From contig JADGHD010000001.1 in the NCBI GenBank assembly GCA_019689615.1, positions 1 through 44,760 on the forward strand: a stretch of DNA of 44,760 nucleotides, in the 5' to 3' direction. Shown piece by piece: positions 34,545 to 43,304 of the stretch. Numbering within the stretch: the stretch's first letter is position 1; the number at the start of each line of letters is the position of its first letter. This DNA comes from Frankia sp. GTDB taxonomy: Bacteria; Actinomycetota; Actinomycetes; Frankiales; Frankiaceae. Both the position numbers and the translations under genes were made by a program. The notes under the pieces are model-generated. The model was not told where the DNA came from. It ran no database searches and saw only the letters and a list, made by a program, of their open reading frames with translations.

Positions 34545-35957
34545 TCAGTTCTTCGCGACGTACTGGACCTGGATGTCGGTGTAGGCGGCCAGGCCCCACG
34601 GGCCGTTCTCGACGCCGATGCCGCTCCACTTCACCCCGCCGAACGGCTGGTGCGGGCCGAGGGCGATGTGGGTGTTGACCCAGGCGGTGCCGCAGTCGAG
34701 GCGGTCGGCCACGGCGAGCGCCCGGTCCGGGTCGGCCGACCAGACCGAGCCGGACAGCCCGTACATGGTGCCGTTGGCCCGGGCGACCACCTCGTCGACG
34801 TCCCGGTAGGGGATGACCGGCAGCGCCGGGCCGAACTGCTCCTCGTCGACGATCCGGGTGCCCTCGGTGGCACCGGCGAGGATTGTCGGCTGGAAGAAGT
34901 AGCCGGGCCCGTCGATCGGCGCTCCGCCGGTGGCCGCCTTCGCCCCGCCCGCGAGCGCCTCGGCGACCAGCTCGCGCACCCGGTCGAACTGCGGCCGGTT
35001 CTGCACCGGGCCGAGCTCGGTCTGCGGGTCCATGCCGTCGCCGACCCTCGCCGCCGCGGCCCGGGTGGCCAGCGCGTCGACCACGTCGCCGTGCAGCCGC
35101 TGTGGGACGTAGAGCCGCTTGATCGCCGAGCAGACCTGGCCGGAGTTCGTGAACGCCCCGGAGAAGAGCCTCTCGGTGATCTCGGCCGGGTTGACGTCGT
35201 CGAGCAGGATGGCGGCGTCGTTCCCGCCGAGCTCGAGGGTGACCCGCTTGAGGTCGGGCGCCGCCGAGGCGGCGATGTGCTTGCCGGTCGCGACCGACCC
35301 GGTGAAGCTGATCTTGCGGGGGACCGGGTGCGCGGTCATCCACCTGCCCAGCTCGTCTCCGCCGGAGACGACGTTGAGCACGCCCGGCGGGAGCACCTCG
35401 GCGAGGACCTCGGCCATCAGCAGGGTCGAGCGCGGGGTGAACGGCGATGGCTTGAGCACCATCGTGTTGCCGGCCAGCAGCGCCGGGCCGATCTTCCAGG
35501 CGGCGAGCATGACCGGGAAGTTCCACGGGGTGATCGCCGCGACGACGCCGACCGGGCGGCGCACCACCTCGGCGCGGGCCCGCTCGTCGTCCTGGATGAC
35601 CTCGCGCTGCAGCGGAAGCTCGGCGAAGTAGTTCAGCCAGTAGCTGGCGCCGTTGGCCTCGCCGCGCGCCGCCTTCAGCGGCTTGCCCTGCTCGGCGGTC
35701 AGCACCGGGGCGATCCGGTCCACCGCGCCGCGCAGCGCCGCCGACGCCTGGCGCAGCGCCGCCCGGCGGGCGTCCTCGTCCCGGCGCCAGTCGGTGAACG
35801 CCTTGGCCGCCGCGGCGAACGCCTCGTCGAGCTGCTCGCGGGAGCAGTCCGGGGCGTCGGCGTGCACCGCGCCGGTGGCCGGGTTGACGACTCCGAACGT
35901 GGCCGGCGCCGCCCGGCGCTCCCCATCGATGATCATCGAGACGTCGGACATGGGCAC
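34545..35957 (-). CDS. Aldehyde dehydrogenase
   Basis: ITPWNFP, KPSPFTP, FTGS, ELGGND, GQVC, EEQFGP, PFGGVK.SG.G.E. Start GTG 35957 or ATG 35951. Confidence 0.95.
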   Translation of the reverse strand: MPMSDVSMIIDGERRAAPATFGVVNPATGAVHADAPDCSREQLDEAFAAAAKAFTDWRRDEDARRAALRQASAALRGAVDRIAPVLTAEQGKPLKAARGEANGASYWLNYFAELPLQREVIQDDERARAEVVRRPVGVVAAITPWNFPVMLAAWKIGPALLAGNTMVLKPSPFTPRSTLLMAEVLAEVLPPGVLNVVSGGDELGRWMTAHPVPRKISFTGSVATGKHIAASAAPDLKRVTLELGGNDAAILLDDVNPAEITERLFSGAFTNSGQVCSAIKRLYVPQRLHGDVVDALATRAAAARVGDGMDPQTELGPVQNRPQFDRVRELVAEALAGGAKAATGGAPIDGPGYFFQPTILAGATEGTRIVDEEQFGPALPVIPYRDVDEVVARANGTMYGLSGSVWSADPDRALAVADRLDCGTAWVNTHIALGPHQPFGGVKWSGIGVENGPWGLAAYTDIQVQYVAKN

Positions 35958-36138
35958 CTCTGCTCTGCCGCCGCGGTGCCGGCCGAAGACCCGGCACCTC
36001 CTGATGGTGTGTTAGGTGTCGGCTCGCTCACGGTCAACCGATCTGGGCCGGTGGCGGCCTGCCGGGCCGCGGGAGAGGCGGGAGCGGACGCGGCGGGCTG
36101 GCCGACGGCCACCCACCGCCGCCAGCCCGCCGCGCCGG

Positions 36139-37680
36139 TCAGCCGGCCGACGAGGTCTCGGTGGCCAGCCGCACGAGCTCGCCGGCGCGGACCTTGCCGA
36201 CCTCGGTCCGCGGCAGCTCGTCGAGCTGGACGAAGCGGACCGGGATCTTGTACGGGACGAGCCGCTCCCGGGCGAACGCGGCCAGCCCCGCCGGGTCGAG
36301 GGCCACGCCGGGGCGGGCGACGACGAACGCCCACGGGACCTCGCCGAGGCGGTCGTCCGGGACCCCGACGACGGCGGCGTCGGCGACCTGCGGCAGCAGC
36401 CGGATGACCTCCTCGACCTCGCCGGGGAACACCTTCAGGCCGCCGCGGTTGATCATGTCGGAGACCCGGCCCTCGATCCAGACGAAGCCGTCCTCGTCGA
36501 TCCGGGCGATGTCGCCGGTGCGGAACCAGCCGTCCGGGGTGAGCCGGTCGCCGAGCGCCGTGCCGTCCGCGTATCCGGCGGAGACCGCCGGGGTGCGCAC
36601 GTAGAGCTCGCCCTGGCCGCCCGGCTCGACGTCCCTGCCGTCCGGGCCGACGATCCGCGGCGTGACACCGGCGTGCGGCCGGCCGACCGAGCCGAGCTTG
36701 GAGTCGCCGAACTGCCGGGCGTCGGCGGCGTTCCAGCCGATGATCTCGCCACCGATCTCGGTCTGGCCGTAGCAGTTGAGCACGGTGACGCCGAACTTGT
36801 CGCGGAACATCCGGGCACGCAGCGGCGACAGCGGCGCCGTGATCCCGCGGACGTAGCGCAGCGGCTCCAGCGAGGTGATCCCGGGGTCGTCGGTGAGCAT
36901 GGTCATCGCCGCCGGCGGCAGCACGGTCGAGCGGATCCGGTGCCGCGCGACCGCCCTGGCGAACGCCGCCGTGGTGAACGTCGGCATGATCACCGCTGGC
37001 GCGCCGACGCGGAACGCGAACAGCACGTTGTAGATCCCGGCCGACAGCGCCATCGACGTCGGGATGAGGTTCGGCATCGGGGCCTTGCGCCGGGCAAGCT
37101 GGTCCTTCGCCTGGTCGCCGACCAGCTTGGCCAGCACCGGCTCCAGCAGCGCCAGGTAGCCGGAGTGCCGCAGCAGCACCGGCTTCGGCCGGCCGGTGGT
37201 CCCGGAGGTGAACTGGACCAGCGCGATGTCGGCGTCGTGCGCCGGCACCCCGTCCGGGGTGCGCCGGCCCGGCACCGCCTCGCCCCAGGTCGGCTCGGCG
37301 GCGTCCGGGCCGCCGGTGGCGACGACGACCGGCAGCGGGCCGTCGGTGAACCGGCCGGCCCACTCCGGCAGGGTGACCACCGCCGCCGGGCGCACCGCCG
37401 CCAGCAGGTAGGCCACCTCGTCGTCGCTGATCCGGGGGTTGAGCGGGACGTAGACCGCCTCGGCCGTCCAGACGCCGAACATCGCGGCGACGACCTCGGC
37501 GCCGTTCGGCAGCATGACCGCGACCGGGTAGCCGGGCGCGACCCCGGCCGCCGTCAGCGCCCTCGCCAGCGCCTCGGCCCCGCGGCGCAGCGCCGCCCGC
37601 GTGACCTGCCGCTCCTCGACGAAGACGGCCGGGGTGGTCTCGTCGTCGGCGCGCGGCTCCAGCAGGTCGACGAGCCTCAT
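36139..37680 (-). CDS. Acyl-CoA synthetase (class I adenylate-forming enzyme)
   Basis: FTSGTTGRPK, YGQTE, FRTGD, GR..D.I.RGG.KVFP.EVE, PRT..GK. Confidence 0.93.
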   Translation of the reverse strand: MRLVDLLEPRADDETTPAVFVEERQVTRAALRRGAEALARALTAAGVAPGYPVAVMLPNGAEVVAAMFGVWTAEAVYVPLNPRISDDEVAYLLAAVRPAAVVTLPEWAGRFTDGPLPVVVATGGPDAAEPTWGEAVPGRRTPDGVPAHDADIALVQFTSGTTGRPKPVLLRHSGYLALLEPVLAKLVGDQAKDQLARRKAPMPNLIPTSMALSAGIYNVLFAFRVGAPAVIMPTFTTAAFARAVARHRIRSTVLPPAAMTMLTDDPGITSLEPLRYVRGITAPLSPLRARMFRDKFGVTVLNCYGQTEIGGEIIGWNAADARQFGDSKLGSVGRPHAGVTPRIVGPDGRDVEPGGQGELYVRTPAVSAGYADGTALGDRLTPDGWFRTGDIARIDEDGFVWIEGRVSDMINRGGLKVFPGEVEEVIRLLPQVADAAVVGVPDDRLGEVPWAFVVARPGVALDPAGLAAFARERLVPYKIPVRFVQLDELPRTEVGKVRAGELVRLATETSSAG

Positions 37681-38642
37681 GCCGCGCCTTCCTCCCCGTC
37701 CTTCGCCTCGGCGGCCCCGGCATCGGCCGCCCTGGCGGCGTCGGCGCGGGCCGCGGCCGCGACCACCGACTCCGGCTTCGGCTCGGGCTCCAGGTCGGCC
37801 CACTTGGCCGGGCGCTTCTCGACGAACGCCGCCGGGCCCTCGAGCTGGTCGGGGTGGCCCCAGACCGAGACCAGGTGGGCCGCGCCGGCCCTGCAGGCCG
37901 CGGTCAGGCCGTCCTCCAGCGCGCCCCACAGCGCCCGCTTGGTCGCCCGCATCGCCACCGGCGAGTTGCGGGCGATCATCTCGGCGACCTCGGCTGCCCG
38001 CTCGCGCAGCCGCGACGGCGGGTCGACGACCTCGCTGACCATGCCCAGCTCGTACGCGCGGCTGACCGGCATCCGCTCGTGCGCGCCGACCAGCGCCATC
38101 CGCATCACCGGCTCGAACGGCATCTTGCGCAGCAGCGCCATCAGCTCGAACGAGACCACCTGGCCGACCGACACGTGCGGGTCGAAGAAGGCGGCGTCGG
38201 AGGAAGCGATCACGATGTCGGCGTCCGCGACGAAGTGGAACCCGCCGCCGCCACACAGCCCGTTGACCGCGGCGATCACGGGCTTCTCCACCTTCTGGTG
38301 CCAGGAGGTGAAGTGCAGGTCGAAAACCTCGGCCTCGGCGCGGTAGCGCTCCATCCCCACGCCGTCCGTCGCGATCTCGGCGACGTCGACGCCGGTCTGG
38401 AACGCCCGGCCCTCCCCGGTGTGCACGATGACCCGCACCTCGGGGTCGTGGTCGAGCTCCAGCCAGGCCTTGGCCAGCTCGTCGCGCATCCGGTTGTTCA
38501 TCGCGTTGAGCTGCCTGGGCCGGTTGAAGATCAGCCAGCCGATCTGGCCGCGCCTGGCGACGACCAACGTGTCGTAGCCCGGGTAGACCTTGTCGAAGTC
38601 GGCCTCGGACGCTGGCGTGCCCGGCGCGTTCGTCACCGTCAT
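37677..38642 (-). CDS. Crotonase-family protein with His in place of both catalytic Glu
   Basis: FNRP.QLNAM, FQTGVDV, GGGFHF, FFDPHVSVGQ. ATGA coupling on both sides. Confidence 0.88.
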   Translation of the reverse strand: MTVTNAPGTPASEADFDKVYPGYDTLVVARRGQIGWLIFNRPRQLNAMNNRMRDELAKAWLELDHDPEVRVIVHTGEGRAFQTGVDVAEIATDGVGMERYRAEAEVFDLHFTSWHQKVEKPVIAAVNGLCGGGGFHFVADADIVIASSDAAFFDPHVSVGQVVSFELMALLRKMPFEPVMRMALVGAHERMPVSRAYELGMVSEVVDPPSRLRERAAEVAEMIARNSPVAMRATKRALWGALEDGLTAACRAGAAHLVSVWGHPDQLEGPAAFVEKRPAKWADLEPEPKPESVVAAAARADAARAADAGAAEAKDGEEGAA

Positions 38643-39586
38643 CTCCCTCCTGCCTGGGTCCCCGACGCCTGGCTCGCCGGTACCGGGCCCGCCGGTGCCG
38701 GAGTCCTGGATGCCAGCACCTTCTGCTGCTCCGCCGCACGGTCGAGCGGCGCCCAGCGGGCTTCCCGCTTCTCGACGAACGCCGCCGGTCCCTCGACCTG
38801 GTCGGGGTGGCCCCACAGGCCGACGAGGTCCGCGGCGGCTGCCCGGCAGGCCCGCGTCAGGCCGTCCTCCAGCGCCCGGTAGAGGGCGCGCTTGGTGGCG
38901 GCCATCGCCGCCGGCGAGTTGCGGGCGATCTTGTTGGCGAGCGCCGCGGCCCGCTCGCGCAGCCGCTCCGGCGGGTCGACGACCTCGCTGATCATGCCGA
39001 GCTGGTAGGCCCGGGCGGCCGACAGCGGCTCGTGCCGGCCGGCCAGCGCGAGCCGCATGACCGTCTCGGCGGCCATCTTGCGGGTCAGCGCGATGCCCTC
39101 GAACGCGGTCACCTGGCCGACCGAGACGTGCGTGTCGATGAACCGCACGTCGGCTGCGGCGATGACGACGTCGGCGTCGGCGACGAAGTGCAGCCCGCCG
39201 CCGACGACCCGGCCCTGCAAAGCCGCGATCACCGGCTTCACCACGCCGCAGTGCCAGCCGGTGATCGCCAGCTCGGCGCGCCTGGTCCGCCGCGACTGCT
39301 CGCGCAGCGCCGCCGGGTCCCGGTTGAGCTGGACCACGTCAAGGCCGGTGCAGAAGTCCCTGCCGGCGGCGACGTTGACGATGACCCGCACCTGTGGGTC
39401 GCCGTCGAGCTGCGCCCAGGCGCGGGGCAGCTCCTCGAACATCACGCCGTCCATGGCGTTGCCTGACCTCGGCCGGTTCAGCTCCAGCCAGCCGATCGCG
39501 CCCTCGCGGCTGACCCGCAGCGTCTGGTAGCCGGGGAAGTCGTGCCGCTCGGGCGCGGCCGTGGATGTGCCTGTGGGCTCGGACAT
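38639..39586 (-). CDS. Crotonase-family protein with His in place of both catalytic Glu (tandem paralog)
   Basis: LNRP.SGNAM, FCTGLDV, GGGLHF, FIDTHVSVGQ. TGATG overlap with the upstream ACAD. Confidence 0.88.
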   Translation of the reverse strand: MSEPTGTSTAAPERHDFPGYQTLRVSREGAIGWLELNRPRSGNAMDGVMFEELPRAWAQLDGDPQVRVIVNVAAGRDFCTGLDVVQLNRDPAALREQSRRTRRAELAITGWHCGVVKPVIAALQGRVVGGGLHFVADADVVIAAADVRFIDTHVSVGQVTAFEGIALTRKMAAETVMRLALAGRHEPLSAARAYQLGMISEVVDPPERLRERAAALANKIARNSPAAMAATKRALYRALEDGLTRACRAAAADLVGLWGHPDQVEGPAAFVEKREARWAPLDRAAEQQKVLASRTPAPAGPVPASQASGTQAGGR

Positions 39587-40965
39587 CAGCTGCGGGGTAC
39601 GTCCTTCCATGGCTTGCCGCGGTAGGGGTCGGGCTCGCGTGGCAGTCCCAGCACCCGCTCGGCCAGGATGTTCTTGTTGACCTCGGTGGTGCCGCCCTCG
39701 ATCGTGTTGGCCCGGCTGCGCAGCATCCCGCGCACCTCGTGCGGCAGCGCCTCGGCGTAGACCTCGGCCGGGTCGAGCGGCTCGCCGTCCTGGCCGGCGT
39801 GCTCGGTGCCGGGCAGCAGCTCGGACTCCCACGCGGCGCCGTAGGGGCCGAGCAGGTCGGCGGCCAGCGCCTGGGTGCGCTGGTTGAGGTCGCCCTGGTG
39901 GACCTTGCCGATCGAGCTCTCCGGGCCGGGGGCGAGCCCGGCCGCCACCCGCGCCCGGATCCGCTCGTTCGTCCAGGCCCGGATGCGCTCCTCGCTGTAG
40001 AGCTTGGCGATCTCCTGGCGGACGACCGGGTCGTCCCAGCCGCCTGGCCGGCCCTCGGCGCTCACCTGCCTGGCCAGCCGCACGAGGTGCAGCGCGCCCG
40101 ACCCGCCGATCCGGTCGACGCCGCCGGAGCCCGAGCCGGACACCATCTGCCGCTCGCCGGACAGCGTCGCGCCGGCCACCCGCCAGCCGTCGCCGACCGC
40201 GCCGACCCGCTGGCTGTCCGGCACCACCGCGTTGTCGAGGAAGACCTCGCAGAAGTCGACCTCGCCGGTGATGTGCCGCAGCGGGCGCACCTCGACGCCC
40301 GGCTGGCGCATGTTGATCAGGAAGTAGGTCAGGCCGTTGCGCTTGGGCACGTCCGGGTCGGTCCTGGCCAGCAGCACGCCGAAGTCGGCCATGAAGCCCC
40401 AGGTCGTCCACACCTTCTGGCCGGTGACCAGCCAGTTGTCACCGTCGCGCACCGCCCGGGTGGCCAGCGACGCCAGGTCCGAGCCGGCGCCGGGCTCGGA
40501 GAACAGCTGGCACCAGATCTCCTCGTTGCGCACGATCGGCGGCAGGAACCGGAGCTTCTGCTCCTGCGTGCCGTGCGCGAACAGCGCCGCGGCGGCGTTG
40601 GCCAGGCCCAGCGGGTTCAGCCGGCCCAGGTTGTACGGCGCCAGCTCGGCCTCGGCCGCCTTCGCTGCCTCGGCCGACAGGCCAAGGCCGCCGTACTCCG
40701 GCGCCCAGCGCGGCGCCACCAGGCCGGAGTAGCCGAAGACCGGGTACCAGCGTTCGTAGTCCGCCCGGGTGCGCACCTTGCGGATGGCCGCGCGCCCGCC
40801 GGCGGCCGCCTCCCGCCAGGCCAGCGGCACGTTCGCCGTGACCCACTCGCGGACCACCCTGCGGGCCTGCTCCGGCGAGGCGTCCGGGGCGAGCAGCAGC
40901 CGCCCGTCCGGCCCGACCGGGCCCGCGAACTGCACCGCGGGCTTCGCTTCGGATGTCGTCGTCAT
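39586..40965 (-). CDS. Acyl-CoA dehydrogenase, alpha-type subunit (no adjacent beta partner)
   Basis: WCQLFSEPGAGSDLA, GQKVWTT, FCEVFLD, LSGER, TIEGGTTEVNKN. Confidence 0.9.
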   Translation of the reverse strand: MTTTSEAKPAVQFAGPVGPDGRLLLAPDASPEQARRVVREWVTANVPLAWREAAAGGRAAIRKVRTRADYERWYPVFGYSGLVAPRWAPEYGGLGLSAEAAKAAEAELAPYNLGRLNPLGLANAAAALFAHGTQEQKLRFLPPIVRNEEIWCQLFSEPGAGSDLASLATRAVRDGDNWLVTGQKVWTTWGFMADFGVLLARTDPDVPKRNGLTYFLINMRQPGVEVRPLRHITGEVDFCEVFLDNAVVPDSQRVGAVGDGWRVAGATLSGERQMVSGSGSGGVDRIGGSGALHLVRLARQVSAEGRPGGWDDPVVRQEIAKLYSEERIRAWTNERIRARVAAGLAPGPESSIGKVHQGDLNQRTQALAADLLGPYGAAWESELLPGTEHAGQDGEPLDPAEVYAEALPHEVRGMLRSRANTIEGGTTEVNKNILAERVLGLPREPDPYRGKPWKDVPRS

Positions 40966-40970
40966 TGCGC

Positions 40971-41795
40971 TCACCGTCCCCGGAACTCGGGCCGACGCTT
41001 GTTGGCGAAGGCGGCCAGCCCTTCCCGGAAGTCCTCGCTGCGCGAGGACAGCTCCATGCCGAACGCCTCGTTGCGCAGGTGGTCGTCGAGGTTCGTCCAC
41101 GCGCCCACGTGCATCAGCCACTTCGACAGGCCGAGGCCCACCGTCGGACCGCTCGCCAGCCTGGCGACGACCTCGTCGACCGTCGCCTCCAGCTCGTCGG
41201 CCGGCGCCGTGGCGTGGATGAGGCCCCACTCCAGCGCCGTGGCCGCGTCGACCCGCTCGCCGAGCAGCAGCATCCGCCGGGCCCGCACCTCGCCGATGCG
41301 GCGCGGCAGCAGCCAGGTCAGGCCGCTGTCCGGGGTGAAGCCGCGCTCGCTGAACGGCGCCCAGAACCGGGTGTCGCTCGCGGCCACGGTGAAGTCGGCG
41401 GCCACGGCCAGCGCCAGCCCGATCCCGGTGGCCCAGCCGCTCGTCACGCAGACCACCGGCGTCTGCACCGAGCAGACCAGCGGGATCAGCCGGTGCGCCT
41501 GGTAGGGCAGCCGGCGCTGGATCGAGCCCGCGCGCGGCCTGGGGCCGCCGGCGCTGTTGCGGGCGATGATGTCCGCGCCGCCGCAGAAGCTCTCGCCGTT
41601 GCCGCGCAGCACGATCACCCGGACGGCCTCGTCGGTGCCGGCCCGCTCGATCGCGTCGATCAGGCCGTACATCATCGGGTCGTTGATCGCGTTGCGCTTC
41701 TCCGGCCGGTCCAGGGTCAGCCGCAGCACCGGGCCGTCGAGCTCGACCGCAAGCCCAGGGGCCGAGGCGTAACCGTCACCGGCGAGGCCGCTCAC
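40971..41795 (-). CDS. Crotonase-family isomerase-type protein (PaaG-like, Asp in G.TPD.G)
   Basis: DRPEKRNAI, FCGGADI, GIGLAL (no Glu), APFSERGFTPDSG, EDFREG..AF..KR.P.F.G. Confidence 0.88.
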   Translation of the reverse strand: MSGLAGDGYASAPGLAVELDGPVLRLTLDRPEKRNAINDPMMYGLIDAIERAGTDEAVRVIVLRGNGESFCGGADIIARNSAGGPRPRAGSIQRRLPYQAHRLIPLVCSVQTPVVCVTSGWATGIGLALAVAADFTVAASDTRFWAPFSERGFTPDSGLTWLLPRRIGEVRARRMLLLGERVDAATALEWGLIHATAPADELEATVDEVVARLASGPTVGLGLSKWLMHVGAWTNLDDHLRNEAFGMELSSRSEDFREGLAAFANKRRPEFRGR

Positions 41796-43198
41796 CTGGC
41801 CTGCCCCTGCGCCGACTCCTGCTCCTGCTGCTCGTGCTGCTCCTGCTCGCGGAACCGCTCGACGATCGCGTCGAGGGTGTTCTGCAGGTTGCCGCGGCCG
41901 CCGGGCGGGTCAGGCAGCCGGACCGGGCCGTGGCTCCGGCTCGGCAGCAGGATGGTGGCGGTGCCGGGGGTGGTGAGCTCGCCGCGCTGGTTGGTGGCGC
42001 TGATCTCCAGGTCGACGGCGGGCCGGTCGCCCTCGGCCAGGTACTTGCGGACCACCGTGCCGCGCAGCCACTGGGTGTCGCCGACGTAGTTGAACCGGCG
42101 GAACTCGCAGCGCAGCTTCCACAGCCAGGCGTCGTCGCCCATCCAGTCGGTGCACAGGTGGATGAGCCAGGTCTCGCGCATCCGGCCGTAGTCGTAGGTG
42201 GTGGGGTTACCGATCTTCTTGGCGAGTTCGGTGTCCCAGTGCACCCGCTGGTGGACGTCGGGGACGTTCAGCTCGTCCCGGAAGTAGAAGTTCGGGATCC
42301 GCCCGCGGTTCTGCGCGCCGAGCCGCAGCGCGGCCACGCCGTAGAGGCCCATGCCCATGCCGACGTGCCAGCAGACCATGTCGGTGACCGTGAGCGGGCC
42401 CTTGACCATCGGCCCGACCGGGTCGCCCACCTGCACGTCCTCCCAGTAGCGCGGCTCGGCGCCGCGGCGCATCCCCGGCTCGGCCGCGTACTGGGCCTCG
42501 ATCTCGGCGATCTGCTCGTCGGTGTACGGCCTGATCTCGATCTTCGAGTACTTGCCGCGCTCCCGGGACCTGGTCCGCTCGGTGCGCACCATCAGCCGGT
42601 ACTGGCCGCACAGCGGGGTGCCGGTCTCGTCCATGAAGACCTGGCCGAGCCACTCGTGCACGGCCCGGCCGGCGAACTCGCTCTTCTTGTCGAACACGCC
42701 GACCAGCGCGTTGCGCCGGCGCACCCGCAGGTTGGGCCGCAGCGGCGCCCACCACTCCCGGGATGCCGCGGAGTAGAAGGCGTGCACCCCGCGCAGCGGG
42801 TCGCCCTTCATCAGGTCACGCAGCTCGTCCGGGACCCGGGTGACCTCGTCCTCGCCGATCAGCGTGTCCCCGCCGACCAGCGGCGGCGGCGCGATCGGCC
42901 CGCCCCACACCGAGGCGGTGGCGTGGTCGGGGTCGCACCACAGCGGGTTGTCGTCGCCGTAGCAGCGGGCGACGATCCGGAACGTGTCCGTACCCGGGCG
43001 CAGGTAGTGCGGGGGAGCGGTGTGCGGCTCGGGGATGCCGATCCGGGCGCGCAGCCGGGCGATCCCCTCGTCCGTGATCACGCCACCTGGGGTGCGCTCC
43101 CGGGGCCTGGCCGCCGCGCCGTCCCCGGTGCTGGCGCTGGCCGTGCTGGCGGTGGAGGTGGCGTCGGTCGCGGTGGCGTCGCTGGCGTTCGTGACCAT
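41792..43198 (-). CDS. Double hot-dog (MaoC/FAS1-type) dehydratase/hydratase
   Basis: YGDDNPLW...IAPP in the N-domain. RYWEDVQVGD, VHWD..A..IG...YDYG, FRRFNYVGD and NQRGE in the C-domain. AAAGG RBS. Confidence 0.82.
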   Translation of the reverse strand: MVTNASDATATDATSTASTASASTGDGAAARPRERTPGGVITDEGIARLRARIGIPEPHTAPPHYLRPGTDTFRIVARCYGDDNPLWCDPDHATASVWGGPIAPPPLVGGDTLIGEDEVTRVPDELRDLMKGDPLRGVHAFYSAASREWWAPLRPNLRVRRRNALVGVFDKKSEFAGRAVHEWLGQVFMDETGTPLCGQYRLMVRTERTRSRERGKYSKIEIRPYTDEQIAEIEAQYAAEPGMRRGAEPRYWEDVQVGDPVGPMVKGPLTVTDMVCWHVGMGMGLYGVAALRLGAQNRGRIPNFYFRDELNVPDVHQRVHWDTELAKKIGNPTTYDYGRMRETWLIHLCTDWMGDDAWLWKLRCEFRRFNYVGDTQWLRGTVVRKYLAEGDRPAVDLEISATNQRGELTTPGTATILLPSRSHGPVRLPDPPGGRGNLQNTLDAIVERFREQEQHEQQEQESAQGQAR

Positions 43199-43304
43199 GG
43201 GGCGCCTTTCGGTCGTCCAGGGGAGCGATGGCTGGTGCTGGCGGCGGGCGGCCGGCGGGGCGGCGCCGGCTGCCGCCGGCCCGCCCCGCCCTGGCCAGGC
43301 CCGG

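Noticed and set aside
33462-36407. 981-aa plus-strand ORF and many other long antisense or alternate-frame ORFs (e.g. 36016..38346, 39565..41505, 31819..33525)
   Set aside because: Shadow ORFs typical of high-GC DNA. They are Arg/Gly/Pro-rich, have no motifs and overlap well-supported genes.
36139-41229. Apparent long N-terminal extensions or fusions in the ORF track (e.g. 866-aa ligase, 590-aa crotonase, also 712-aa ACAD and 647-aa CoA-transferase)
   Set aside because: The extensions are off-frame readings of upstream genes. Internal starts with an RBS or stop/start overlap give normal-length proteins, so there is no evidence for fusions or frameshifts.
41810-41850. Gln/Glu-rich repeat (EQEQHEQQEQE) at the hot-dog protein C-terminus
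   Set aside because: Short low-complexity tail, like the Ala/Pro-rich tails on many genes here. No functional signal.
36139-43198. Secondary-metabolite biosynthetic cluster (ligase, ACAD, dehydratase, SnoaL)
   Set aside because: No carrier protein, ketosynthase, NRPS, methyltransferase or exporter. The composition fits catabolism.
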